DNA from: an uncultured cyanobacterium
GTDB lineage: Bacteria > Cyanobacteriota > Cyanobacteriia > Phormidesmidales > Phormidesmidaceae
Length of the DNA: 64,000 bases
Reading direction: 5' to 3'
NCBI GenBank assembly: GCA_963793265.1
Contig: CAWBZI010000001.1
Location: forward strand, 1,632,001-1,696,000
Below are positions 19,625-29,453 of this stretch, piece by piece. A program made the position numbers and the translations under genes. Within the stretch, counting starts at the first letter, position 1. Each line of letters begins with the position of its first letter. Below the pieces are notes generated by a model, which saw only the letters and a program-made list of their open reading frames with translations, was not told the DNA's origin and did no database searches.

Positions 19625-21658
19625 CTAGTTAAGAGCCTCTCTACCCGACCTTTCTAAAGCTTCAACGACCTTCAAAAGCTCCAGGGTTGTATCGTAAGCC
19701 GAAGTCGTCAGCTCATCGCGCTCATTGGCATCGTGAACAATTTCGCCGTCGGAGAGCATACCCAAAATGCCTAAAACGCTGCTGAGACGCGATCGCATCT
19801 CGTAAGAGGCTTTCGTCACCGTCTCTTCCCACTCCGACAAGTCATCATTGCAAATCTCTTCTTTGACCTGTTCAGAAAACTGAATAGCGCAGAGCTGAGC
19901 ATAATAGCCGCCTTTATTCAGCAGCTCGGTATGCGTGCCTGTCTCAACAACGCGGCCCTGATCCATCACGGCGATCTGGTCAGCGTTTTGAACCGTAGAG
20001 AGGCGGTGGGCAATCACCAGGGTCGTGCGATTGCGGCTCAGGTCATCAATGGCCTTTTGCACAAGCCGCTCTGAAATGGTGTCGAGTGCGCTGGTGGCTT
20101 CGTCCAAGATGAGGATGTCGGGATCTTGGAGGAGGGCACGGGCGATCGCTAGTCTTTGTCGCTGCCCCCCCGAAAGAAGAACGCCGCGATCGCCAATCAT
20201 CGTCTCTAATCCCTGCGGCAGCGCCTCAATAAACTCGTAGGCATTTGCTCGATCCATCGCGTCCTTGATCTCATCATCAGTTGCCTCAGGCCGACCATAG
20301 ATCAGGTTTTCGCGAACCGTGGCATTAAACAAAAAGGTATCTTGACTGACGATCCCAAGCCGACGACGAAAGCTTTTAATATCGAACGACTTTAGGTCGT
20401 AGCCATCAATTTCAATGCGGCCACCGCTGGGATCGTAAAAGCGTGGCAGTAGGTCAGCGAGGGTTGACTTTCCTGCCCCTGATGCGCCGACCAGCGCTAA
20501 AGTTTTTCCCTTTTTGAGGTGCAAATTAATCTTATTAAGCACCTGCTTGTCATTGCCTGGATAGCTAAAGCTGAGGTTTTTAAAGCGAATACCGTGTTTG
20601 AGCTGAGTGTATTGACGAGCCCCGGCTTTCATAAAGGGCTTGTCGTCGCGGCGTAGGAATTGGCTGACCACAGTGACGCTTGGCCCAACGTTCGCAAGCT
20701 GAGAGCGCGTAGAGTTGAGCTGCCCAATTGTTGGCAGCATCCGAAAGAGCACCAGCAGGTAGGCGAGCAAAATAGATGAAAACACCTCTATTTGCTCGGC
20801 CATTGCCATTCGACCCAGGGCCGCAACGCTGATGAGGGCAATAATGCTGCACACCTCGTTTAGCGGCGCGATGCCAGCAAACAATAGTTGAGAGCGGTAT
20901 TCTGAAACTTCGCGGTCAGCAATCAGTTTAGAAATAGCGTCGTATTCGTCATCTTCGTTAGCTGTGCCTTTAACCAGGCGAATGCCCGAGAGAATTTCGA
21001 CGATGCGAGAAGAATATTTGCGCGAAAGCTGAGAAAGCTCAGCGCCAAATACCTTTGACTTACGGACAGCGGTTTGATTGACGAGGGCTACAATCGCTAG
21101 AGCAAAGGTTGCAATCACCGTCAGCTGCCAAGACATGAGCACTAAAATGCAGATGAAAACCATGATGGTAATGACCGCGATCGCCATCCTGGCCAGCGTA
21201 CGAACAGCAACCGTTGTGCGGCTTACCTCTACATTGAGATGATTAATTAAATCGCCAACTTTAGTCTCGGTGTAGTAGGCCAAATCGACATCTAGCAAGA
21301 TCCTCAAGCCGTCTAGACGCAGGTTCGCTGCAAGCCGCCGGTTCAGACTGTTAGAGGTCAATGAACCTGCATAAACAGCGGCGTTTTTGAGGACGATCAG
21401 AGCGACTACAGAAAAAGACATCGCCAGCAGTCGGTACTGCTCGGGGACGACATCAAAAAAGACGACAAACCGCTGTAGGATGGCCGGAAGCTGATCGGCC
21501 AGTTCAGCAGATTCGCCCAGTAGCTCTAGCAGGATAGGCACGATTAGCACCGTTCCGACCCCGTTGAATAATGCGCCAGAAAACCCCATCAAAATGGTGA
21601 GAAACACCAAAAACGGATATCGAAGCAGTGACTTTGTGAGGAGTTGTCTGGAGTGCAT
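19625..21658 (-). CDS. ABC exporter (fused TMD-NBD), HepA/MsbA-like, with a C-terminal HisKA-like extension
   Basis: TM domain, GASGAGKS Walker A, LSGGQRQR, ILILDEATSALD, IAHRLST. Confidence 0.92.
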   Translation of the reverse strand: MHSRQLLTKSLLRYPFLVFLTILMGFSGALFNGVGTVLIVPILLELLGESAELADQLPAILQRFVVFFDVVPEQYRLLAMSFSVVALIVLKNAAVYAGSLTSNSLNRRLAANLRLDGLRILLDVDLAYYTETKVGDLINHLNVEVSRTTVAVRTLARMAIAVITIMVFICILVLMSWQLTVIATFALAIVALVNQTAVRKSKVFGAELSQLSRKYSSRIVEILSGIRLVKGTANEDDEYDAISKLIADREVSEYRSQLLFAGIAPLNEVCSIIALISVAALGRMAMAEQIEVFSSILLAYLLVLFRMLPTIGQLNSTRSQLANVGPSVTVVSQFLRRDDKPFMKAGARQYTQLKHGIRFKNLSFSYPGNDKQVLNKINLHLKKGKTLALVGASGAGKSTLADLLPRFYDPSGGRIEIDGYDLKSFDIKSFRRRLGIVSQDTFLFNATVRENLIYGRPEATDDEIKDAMDRANAYEFIEALPQGLETMIGDRGVLLSGGQRQRLAIARALLQDPDILILDEATSALDTISERLVQKAIDDLSRNRTTLVIAHRLSTVQNADQIAVMDQGRVVETGTHTELLNKGGYYAQLCAIQFSEQVKEEICNDDLSEWEETVTKASYEMRSRLSSVLGILGMLSDGEIVHDANERDELTTSAYDTTLELLKVVEALERSGREALN

Positions 21659-22037
21659 AACCCTTTTTAATCAGAGAGGCTGGGTAGTTAGTTTAGGTAA
21701 CCGGTTAGATTAAGTAACTTAGGTCTGCCACTAGCCGCGAGCAAAGTAGGCGCTGTTGAATCTAAGGATAGTTGTCGAAGGCGACTAAGAGAAACAAGGA
21801 ACTGTAAAGACTGGTCACAAAGGTGACTAAAGCATCTTCATAAATTGCGTGAATACTGTTTGCGTAAGTCCTGTTTATATGCGCTAGGCAAGCGCTTACT
21901 GTGCTCACTAGCATTCCCCTTCAATAACTAATTTCTTTGATTAGTATCATCACTGACTAATACAGAGCTGAGTGCGAAATTCCCCAGGATTCGGACGACT
22001 GTTTACCGAAATGGATACAAGCCCGTAAAAAACATCT

Positions 22038-23210
22038 TTAAAGAAGATTGCTCAAAATAGATGCTAGCTGCGCTGTCATTGTCGTAACGCTGTAGCGATC
22101 AACACATCTTTGCCTGGCAAGCTGTCCTCTGCAATCGGCTTCTACTGGGTTTTGAAAAATCTGCTTGAGCTGCTCAGCAATTTGCTCTGGCGACTCAGGA
22201 TCAACTAGGTATCCAGCATCGCCCAAAATTTCGGGAATATCGCCCACCCTCGTAGACACGATAGGCTTGGCCATCGACATGCCATCCGTTAGCTTGAGCG
22301 GAAACTGCGCTTTTGCCGTAGATCTATCACGTTGGGGCACTACGACGACATGCGCTGATGAAACCACCTCAGCCATTTCATCAATCGGAAACCGGGGCAG
22401 CTTAATCAGCCAGCGTCCCCAGCGTTCAAACAGTCCATCTTCGTAGCTATCGGGTCTGCGACCGCCAACAATCACCAGTCGCAAATCTGGCTGGTCGAGC
22501 TGATCGAGCGCTAGGAGTACGTCTTCTAATCCTTTGTGAGGCCGAGCAGTGCCTGGAAACATCAAAACTCGATAGTCGGCCAGGTCGTATTTTGTGCGAC
22601 TGGCAGCCGGATCGTATTTAGCGGGATCAAAAATCTCGGTGTCTTTGCTATTCGGCAAGTAGTAGCCACCAAACCGCTGCTGCAAGAACTGAGTGGTCAC
22701 CGTTACGGCGTCTGCTTTAGCAACAAGCTTTTCCATCCATTCTAAATAAAGCGGATGCTCTGGGTCGCGCAGCGCACCATCGGGTTTGAGCACATCACGG
22801 GCGACTTGCTTGAGTGTGGGCCGGTAGCCCTCTACCCAGCTCATCTCCCAGTCGTCAATGTCTACGATGACTGGACGGCGTGAGGAGAGTGTCCTTTTGA
22901 GGAGTGCGGTGCCAAAGCTGGTTGGACGCGGCTTGATGGCGTAGAGTACGTCGCCGCTGAGTTTGGGGAGTAGGCGGGTGAGGGTGGCAAGGTAGCTGAG
23001 CGATCGCTGGGCTCGAACCGCCTGCACGTTCAGATTCTCAGGTGGCACCGGGTAGAGCTGACCTGCAAACTGGGGGCCAACGACCGTCACATCACAGCCG
23101 AGCTGCTGTAGGGCATTGGCAACTAAGTAAACTCGCGTGGTGCCACCACCGGCAAGATCTGGGGCGATTACGGATACTTTTAGGTCACGAGCTGAGAAGG
23201 AAGGTGGCAT
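22038..23210 (-). CDS. Glycosyltransferase family 4
   Basis: GT-B fold pattern, FPGTARPHKG, QFPLKLTDGMSMAKPIVSTRVGDIPE. Confidence 0.85.
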   Translation of the reverse strand: MPPSFSARDLKVSVIAPDLAGGGTTRVYLVANALQQLGCDVTVVGPQFAGQLYPVPPENLNVQAVRAQRSLSYLATLTRLLPKLSGDVLYAIKPRPTSFGTALLKRTLSSRRPVIVDIDDWEMSWVEGYRPTLKQVARDVLKPDGALRDPEHPLYLEWMEKLVAKADAVTVTTQFLQQRFGGYYLPNSKDTEIFDPAKYDPAASRTKYDLADYRVLMFPGTARPHKGLEDVLLALDQLDQPDLRLVIVGGRRPDSYEDGLFERWGRWLIKLPRFPIDEMAEVVSSAHVVVVPQRDRSTAKAQFPLKLTDGMSMAKPIVSTRVGDIPEILGDAGYLVDPESPEQIAEQLKQIFQNPVEADCRGQLARQRCVDRYSVTTMTAQLASILSNLL

Positions 23211-23219
23211 TGGATGGGG

Positions 23220-24137
23220 TTAGGCGATCGCATTTTCTGAGGGCAAACCTTCTGTGCTTTCCGCAGGCAGCGCTGGCGGCAGCTCTAGCGTGAACTTGCC
23301 AAGCACACCTTTACGAAATTCGATCAGGAGCTTGCGGGCGGCTCGCTCCTGAGAGTCTTGAAACTTGGCTTCGGCCAGTCGGTACAGGTAGGTTTCGCCT
23401 GTGTCTTCGGTGGGGTCTAGTTCGTAGCGCGATCGCAATGCCTGAGTGCGCCGATGCGTACCTTCTTCGGCATCCAACTCTTTGAGCAAATCCACAAAAG
23501 CCGCCGCCACCCGCTGCGTATCGTAAGCAGCCTGACCAATATCATCACAGATAGCCAGCTTCAGCGCCGCCGACTGATCTTTGAGCTGAGCAGGAATAAT
23601 TCCCGGCGAATCTAGCAGCTCTAGCTCATCGGAAATTCGTACCCACCGGAGCTGTCTGGTGACGCCAGCTTTACGCGCACTTTCGACAACACGACGTTTG
23701 AGCAAGCGGTTAATTAGCGCGGACTTTCCAACATTCGGGAAGCCGATGACGACTGCGCGGACTGGGCGCGATCGCATTCCCCGATCCTTTCGCCTTTTGT
23801 TCATCGCTGTCCCGGCCGCCTGCGCCGCTCGTGAAATTTGTCCTACGCCTTTGCCCTGATTTGCATCAGTGTAGTAAGCCACTTGCCCTTGGGACTTGAA
23901 CCATTCTTGCCAGCGATCGCGCATCTCAGCCGTAATCATATCCACCCGATTCACCACCAGCACCCGTTTCTTCTCACCAATCCACTGATCCAGCTTAGGA
24001 TGCAGCGTAGCGCGTGGAATCCGGGCATCACGAACCTCTAAGACCACATCCACCCGCTTAAGCTGTTCTTGCAGCGACTTCTCCGCCTTAGCAATATGTC
24101 CTGGGTACCACTGAATCGAAGGAGCAGGCATAAGCAA
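23220..24137 (-). CDS. ylqF: Ribosome biogenesis GTPase YlqF/RbgA
   Basis: IQWYPGHIAKA, EVRDARIP, GFPNVGKS, LLDSPG. Confidence 0.95.
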   Translation of the reverse strand: MLMPAPSIQWYPGHIAKAEKSLQEQLKRVDVVLEVRDARIPRATLHPKLDQWIGEKKRVLVVNRVDMITAEMRDRWQEWFKSQGQVAYYTDANQGKGVGQISRAAQAAGTAMNKRRKDRGMRSRPVRAVVIGFPNVGKSALINRLLKRRVVESARKAGVTRQLRWVRISDELELLDSPGIIPAQLKDQSAALKLAICDDIGQAAYDTQRVAAAFVDLLKELDAEEGTHRRTQALRSRYELDPTEDTGETYLYRLAEAKFQDSQERAARKLLIEFRKGVLGKFTLELPPALPAESTEGLPSENAIA

Positions 24138-24213
24138 AAGCCGTGAACTGGCAAGTAAATCTGGTAAGTAAGTTCGGTAAAAAGGCGTCTCTTAAACTTA
24201 CGCTATCAGCAGC

Positions 24214-24621
24214 TTATGGAACGACTAACACCGGGCAAGGCGACAAATTAATCACGCGAGCGCTCACGCTATCTTCGCGACCTTCTTCAGTCAACCCAGT
24301 GCCCCGACAGCCAATCACCACCAAATCAGCCGAAACCTCATCAGCCACATCGCAAATAATAAATGCTGGATTGCCCTCGCGCTCTATCGTCTGGGCCTCA
24401 AATCCTCGCTGCTCAAAAACTTTCTTAGCCTGCTCTAGTAGCGAAGCCACCGCTTCAGTCGAGGTTTGCTCAGGGTGCGCCGGATCGCTATTTTCAGGCG
24501 ACTCTACCACCGAAAGCAGCACCACCTTAGACTGGCACAGCTCGGCCATATCCAGCACCGTTTGCACGACCTTTTTGGCACCAGGACTAGAATCTATCGA
24601 AAAAAGAATCGTCTTGTACAT
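24214..24621 (-). CDS. Universal stress protein
   Basis: MYKTILFSID, DLVVIGCRG, SVSARVINLSPCPVLVVP. Confidence 0.92.
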   Translation of the reverse strand: MYKTILFSIDSSPGAKKVVQTVLDMAELCQSKVVLLSVVESPENSDPAHPEQTSTEAVASLLEQAKKVFEQRGFEAQTIEREGNPAFIICDVADEVSADLVVIGCRGTGLTEEGREDSVSARVINLSPCPVLVVP

Positions 24622-24887
24622 AGCAGAGAAATGTGGTTTGGGAGGGTTGATTAGATTTCCGTGATTTTTATCTCAGGTTTAAAGCATAAGAGAACACAGA
24701 CTTCTGTAAAATAGTGAACACATAGGCGATAGGTAGTTTTACTCATCGCTGATAAATGACATAAATCCCTCTTTAACCGTCATTTTCTGTCACCTTGCAT
24801 CGCTCGATATCTAGGGTAAATCAAGCCCTATCCCGCTTTCGAGTCTGGTGCAGATAACGTTACATAATTTTTAGGAGAGTATATTCC

Positions 24888-26093
24888 GTGGCCAAAAAAG
24901 CGCTAGCCGATCTATCTGCTGCCGACGTTTCTGGTAAGCGCGTCCTTGTACGCGCCGACTTCAACGTGCCGCTAGACGATGCCGGAAACATCACCGACGA
25001 CACCCGCATCCGCGCCGCCCTACCCACCATCCAAGACTTGACCTCAAAAGGCGCTAAGGTCATTTTGGCGAGTCACTTCGGTCGGCCCAAAGGCAAAGTC
25101 GTTGAGAGTATGCGCCTTACGCCCGTCGCCAAGCGCCTTTCAGAAAAGCTTGGTCAAGATGTAATTAAGTGCGACGACTGCATCGGTGATGAGGTTACCG
25201 CTAAAATTTCAGGTATGGAGAACGGCCAGGTCGCCCTGCTAGAGAACGTTCGCTTTTACGATGGCGAAACTAGCAACGATCCTGAGTTTGCTAAAAAGCT
25301 AGCGGCTAACGCTGACCTGTACGTTAACGATGCCTTTGGTACAGCTCACCGTGCCCATGCTTCTACAGCCGGGGTGACTGAGTACTTAAGCCCTGCGGTG
25401 GCTGGTTCGCTTATTGAGAAAGAGCTGAAGTTTTTACAAGAAACCGTTGATAACCCTCAGCGTCCTTTGGCAGCTATTGTGGGCGGCTCCAAGGTATCTT
25501 CTAAAATCGGCGTAATTGAAACTCTGCTCGATAAGGTAGACAAAATCTTTATTGGCGGCGGTATGATCTTCACCTTTTACAAGGCGCGTGGCATGAATGT
25601 CGGCGGCTCTTTGGTAGAAGAAGACAAGCTGGAGCTAGCCAAGAAGCTCGAAGCAAAGGCCAAGGAAAAGGGCGTTGAGTTTTTGCTACCCACCGACGTA
25701 ATTGTTGCTGACAAATTTGCAGCCGATGCGAATACTCAGACCGTCAGCGTAAACGACATTCCTGATGGCTGGATGGGCTTGGACATTGGCCCTGATTCTA
25801 TAAAGACGTTTCAAGAAGCTTTGGCTGACTGTAAGAGCGTAATTTGGAACGGGCCTATGGGCGTGTTTGAGATGGAGGCGTTTGCCAAAGGAACTGATGG
25901 GATCGCGACGACTCTAGCAGGGCTGACTGAGAAGGGCTGTATTACTATTATTGGCGGTGGTGACTCGGTTGCAGCCGTTGAGAAGGCGGGCCTTGCCGAT
26001 CAGATGAGCCATATTTCTACAGGTGGCGGTGCTAGTTTGGAGTTGCTTGAAGGGAAGACGCTTCCTGGTATTGCGGCTTTGGATGAGGCGTAG
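24888..26093 (+). CDS. pgk: Phosphoglycerate kinase
   Basis: [45 protein letters not shown]. Confidence 0.98.
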   Translation: MAKKALADLSAADVSGKRVLVRADFNVPLDDAGNITDDTRIRAALPTIQDLTSKGAKVILASHFGRPKGKVVESMRLTPVAKRLSEKLGQDVIKCDDCIGDEVTAKISGMENGQVALLENVRFYDGETSNDPEFAKKLAANADLYVNDAFGTAHRAHASTAGVTEYLSPAVAGSLIEKELKFLQETVDNPQRPLAAIVGGSKVSSKIGVIETLLDKVDKIFIGGGMIFTFYKARGMNVGGSLVEEDKLELAKKLEAKAKEKGVEFLLPTDVIVADKFAADANTQTVSVNDIPDGWMGLDIGPDSIKTFQEALADCKSVIWNGPMGVFEMEAFAKGTDGIATTLAGLTEKGCITIIGGGDSVAAVEKAGLADQMSHISTGGGASLELLEGKTLPGIAALDEA

Positions 26094-26136
26094 GTAGGGA
26101 TTGGAGATTCTGTGAATTCTGTGGATTCTGTAGTCG

Positions 26137-26172
26137 CGGAGGGCGCACGGCCGTGACGCCTCTACGGGATTT
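26137..26172. repeat. REP-like palindrome, copy 1
   Basis: CGGAGGGCGCACGGCCGTGACGCCTCTACGGGATTT; resembles GTAG-type REP palindromes; related copy at 38132. Confidence 0.55.
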
Positions 26173-26185
26173 CGGGAATAGATTG

Positions 26186-26220
26186 GGGGCGCTGCTTGTG
26201 GAGAATAGGCAGCGCTTTCT
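26186..26220. terminator. Terminator-like hairpin between pgk and hicB
   Basis: GCGCTGCTTGT-GGAGA-ATAGGCAGCGC then TTTCTT. Confidence 0.6.
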
Positions 26221-26240
26221 TGTGTTTCAGCAATAGCACG

Positions 26241-26471
26241 TCAGGCTGCGGTCATCACTTTGGGAGCATCGGGCAACACGTTGTCAGCCGCGCATTCGGC
26301 TAAGTACTCATCAATCGTTCCAATGAATTCGGCCTTAGCGTTCTCAATCGTATCGGCATGAAAGGAAATAACATCACGCTCAATATTAATGACCTGACCG
26401 TAGATAATATTCTCTTCTACGTCCACGCCTAAATGAGCCTGGTATCCTTGATACTCAATCAGATTTTTCAT
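26241..26471 (-). CDS. hicB: HicB family antitoxin, short form without the C-terminal RHH domain
   Basis: MKNLIEYQGYQAH...IIYGQV...DVISFHADTIENAKAEF...IDEYLAEC; GGAGG before ATG at 26471; overlaps the hicA stop. Confidence 0.85.
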   Translation of the reverse strand: MKNLIEYQGYQAHLGVDVEENIIYGQVINIERDVISFHADTIENAKAEFIGTIDEYLAECAADNVLPDAPKVMTAA

Positions 26472-26754
26472 CGGCTTCGCCTCCATAAATATCGTGTCCA
26501 ATTTTTGTAAGGAAGGTGCGAACATCTTCCACTTGGTAGGTTTTGAGTGTTGGTTTACCAACTGTTCTGTGAGGTCGGTGCATTTTCAAGCGGTTAGCTC
26601 CTAGCACAAAACTTACTCGTGAGCCTGATCCTTGCTTGAGCGTACAACCAATTCCTATAAGAAGCTTCTCAACTTCTGAAAATTCGATGTCCCTTCGAGA
26701 TGGGTGAGCCCATATGCGGTCATAGGTCGATTGACGTTTGCTATTCAGACCCAT
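26455..26754 (-). CDS. hicA: HicA family mRNA interferase toxin
   Basis: DIEFSEVEKLL...GSGSRVSF...MHRPH...LKTYQV, the dsRBD-like HicA pattern. Confidence 0.88.
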   Translation of the reverse strand: MGLNSKRQSTYDRIWAHPSRRDIEFSEVEKLLIGIGCTLKQGSGSRVSFVLGANRLKMHRPHRTVGKPTLKTYQVEDVRTFLTKIGHDIYGGEADEKSD

Positions 26755-26910
26755 TTTATCGCCTGCCCTCTATCATTGCAGTCGCAAATATTCATATTAA
26801 TAGTCAATATGACATGCTTAGCTATCACGCAAAGTCATCATACTTTTTCAAGTAAGCAAGAGAGTAGGTGAATTTGGAGAGAGCAGCTTTTTAGATAACC
26901 CAGAAGACCC

Positions 26911-27558
26911 TTAGTAGGCTTTGACAGAATAGCTTGTGTTGATAGAAATCTCGGAGATGACTTCTGTACGTCCATTTACGAACTTACACATTTGTAATGG
27001 CAGCAAGTCATCGCAGCAGGGGTTTGCGATACCGTTTGCCAGACGATCAAATGACATAATATCTACAGAATGTTTGTATGCTAGCTGGCTGAGTCTTGCT
27101 CTATCTCCGTTCTGAATCCTGTTGCGGCGACCAATAACTAGCGTAAGCTCTAGCTTGGGTGCTAACCCAATTCGACTAGCTATCTCTCCATATGGAAAGT
27201 AGCGCTTTACGAAATCACGGTTTTCTTGAAACCAATTCTCCCAGTCTAGTAGCTGTCTCAGTCCGTGGGATAGCAAAGCTGTCTGATCACCATCTTTTGT
27301 AAACTGCCTATGCTGTGGCCTTTCAATCTCAACTAGATGCCATTTAAGTCCGAGGCTATCTTCTCGTGCAAAAGCAAAGTCAACGACATGCTGGTTGCCA
27401 AGATGGAGTTTAGTGAATACCCTGTTCTCAACTGGCCAGCAAAGCGGTGTGAGAACAGGATGCTTAACGATGAACTGATGAATATCTTCCTCTTTAACGT
27501 TCGGCTCATCTATGAGGTGAAAGTATTGGCGTTCCAAATCATATTTATCAACATCCAT
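26911..27558 (-). CDS. Shedu (SduA)/DUF4263-like PD-(D/E)xK nuclease, stand-alone
   Basis: EEDIHQFI, VDF, VEIERP, GLRQLLDW, LVIGRR, IMSFDRL; ATG at 27558 avoids overlap with the divergent methyltransferase. Confidence 0.75.
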   Translation of the reverse strand: MDVDKYDLERQYFHLIDEPNVKEEDIHQFIVKHPVLTPLCWPVENRVFTKLHLGNQHVVDFAFAREDSLGLKWHLVEIERPQHRQFTKDGDQTALLSHGLRQLLDWENWFQENRDFVKRYFPYGEIASRIGLAPKLELTLVIGRRNRIQNGDRARLSQLAYKHSVDIMSFDRLANGIANPCCDDLLPLQMCKFVNGRTEVISEISINTSYSVKAY

Positions 27559-27589
27559 AATTAGATAGCCACTATTAAATTTCACACAA

Positions 27590-28852
27590 ATGGTATCAAG
27601 AAAGATTAACAGCATAGATGAAGGTTCTGTGCTGATAGACGCTACAGCTCTGGTGCAGCCATCGAGCAGTTCAGATAACCTACAGCACACTATCAGAAAA
27701 CATATCCAGGGATGCGATCGCCAATGCATTCCCTTTGCTGAGTTCATGAACTTAGCCCTCTACCACCCGCAGTTTGGCTATTACGCTACGCCCGGCAGCA
27801 TTATTGGCCCACAGGGCGACTTCATCACCTCGCCTCATATGGGTCACGACTTTGGCGACATGATTGCCGAGCAGCTTGCCGACATGTGGCAGGCATTAGA
27901 TCAGCCGAATCCTTTTACGCTGATGGAAATGGGTGCAGGACAGGGGCTTGTGGCGACCGATGTACTCTTACATTTGCAAAAGCACCATCCTGACTGTTTT
28001 GATTGCGTCAACTATATTGTGGTTGAAAAATCAGCGGCGCTGAAAGCTGAACAGCAAAAGCGGCTGAGCCATTGGCAGGAGCAAGGCGTTCAGTTGAGCT
28101 GGCAAGAATTAGCTGATGTTCCAGAGAAGTCGATTGTCGGCTGTGCGTTTTCTAATGAGCTGGTGGATGCTTTTCCGGTGCATTGGGTGGAATGGCACGA
28201 CCGGCAGTTAAAAGAGGTTTGGGTTAGTGCGAACGAAGACGGATTTGTACCTGCGCCGAACGAGATTTCTACACCTCAGCTACAGCGTTATTTTGATCGG
28301 GTAGGCATCGATTTTTCTGACTATCCAGAGGGCTATCGAACTGAAGTGAATTTGGCGGCCTTGGACTGGCTGGGCGAGGTGTCAGAAAAGATGGATCGCG
28401 GCTATGTGCTGACGATTGACTATGGCTACACAGCGCAACGCTATTACAGTAAGGCTCGCAGTCAGGGCACTTTGCAGTGCTACTACCAGCACGCGCATCA
28501 TGACGATCCGTTTGCTCATGTGGGCGGGCAGGATATTACGGCGCATGTGGACTTTACGGCATTGGAAAGTAGAGGCCGCGAGGTTGGGTTAGAGAAGGTT
28601 GGGTTTACGCAGCAGGGGTTGTTTTTGATGGCTTTGGGGTTGAGCGATCGCCTCTCCAATCTCGTCAATCCAACGTCAAAAATTGCCACCCCTCAAACCG
28701 TTCAGGCCATCATGATGCGCCGAGACGCCTTGCAACAGCTCATCAGCCCCATGGGACTTGGCAACTTTGGCGTACTGATTCAAAGCAAAGGGCTCAGCCA
28801 AAAAGAAATCGCCAGGCCGCTGAAGGGTCTGACGATTCCACCAATGTTTTAA
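27590..28852 (+). CDS. SAM-dependent methyltransferase, MidA/NDUFAF7 family
   Basis: FAEFMNLALYHPQFGYY, GDFITSP, EMGAGQG, SNELVDAFPVH, IDYG, QDITAHVDF. Confidence 0.9.
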   Translation: MVSRKINSIDEGSVLIDATALVQPSSSSDNLQHTIRKHIQGCDRQCIPFAEFMNLALYHPQFGYYATPGSIIGPQGDFITSPHMGHDFGDMIAEQLADMWQALDQPNPFTLMEMGAGQGLVATDVLLHLQKHHPDCFDCVNYIVVEKSAALKAEQQKRLSHWQEQGVQLSWQELADVPEKSIVGCAFSNELVDAFPVHWVEWHDRQLKEVWVSANEDGFVPAPNEISTPQLQRYFDRVGIDFSDYPEGYRTEVNLAALDWLGEVSEKMDRGYVLTIDYGYTAQRYYSKARSQGTLQCYYQHAHHDDPFAHVGGQDITAHVDFTALESRGREVGLEKVGFTQQGLFLMALGLSDRLSNLVNPTSKIATPQTVQAIMMRRDALQQLISPMGLGNFGVLIQSKGLSQKEIARPLKGLTIPPMF

Positions 28853-28889
28853 CGAATCGCTCTAGTAACTCAGATAGCGCTTGAGCTAA

Positions 28890-29240
28890 TTAAAGCGGAC
28901 GGAAGATGAATGGGTAGCGGAATGCTGTATCAGGCGCTGTGACGCTGCTGAGGATAGCAAAGATAGGCAAGGCAACTTGTACCACGCCAAGTAGTGCCAC
29001 TAAGGGCAGACCAATAATCAGCCAGGCTGGGATGATCAGCAGTACGCTATATAGCCACATATTGAAGTGAAAGTTGAGCGCTTCTTTAGCGTTCTCTTTG
29101 GTCACTTCGTCGTCGGAAAGAAGCATGATGGCTAAAGGGACGCCTGCTGAAAGTACAAGCTGGCTCACAAAAATAGAGCCGTGAGAGGCAACAGATAGTA
29201 GCTTGCGTTTGTCAGAATCGAAAGTGGTGGTGGTTTCCAT
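28890..29240 (-). CDS. DUF4870 family membrane protein
   Basis: KRKLLSVASH, KENAKEALNFHFN, FRYPFIFR. Confidence 0.8.
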   Translation of the reverse strand: METTTTFDSDKRKLLSVASHGSIFVSQLVLSAGVPLAIMLLSDDEVTKENAKEALNFHFNMWLYSVLLIIPAWLIIGLPLVALLGVVQVALPIFAILSSVTAPDTAFRYPFIFRPL

Positions 29241-29453
29241 AGGGTAAGTCCTCAAAAAGCTCTATTTTCGAGGCGGCTGGTAAAAGCCCTGCACTCGATA
29301 TATTTATATTAACGGTTCTACGCTACTGAGAAAATACGGTCGAATTTCGTAAATACCGTCAGCCGTTATCCGCCTCTACGCTTTGGTGTAAAACACTCGT
29401 GCGACCGTCGCGCTACCTTAGAATGACATCATTACTTTTTGAGGATAAATACG

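Noticed and set aside
24143..24664. 173 aa + strand ORF
   Set aside because: Antisense shadow of the universal stress protein gene with no motifs.
27559..27747. N-terminal extension of the 278 aa ORF in the track as a Shedu sensor domain
   Set aside because: It overlaps the start of the divergent methyltransferase on the opposite strand; ATG 27558 is the more plausible start.
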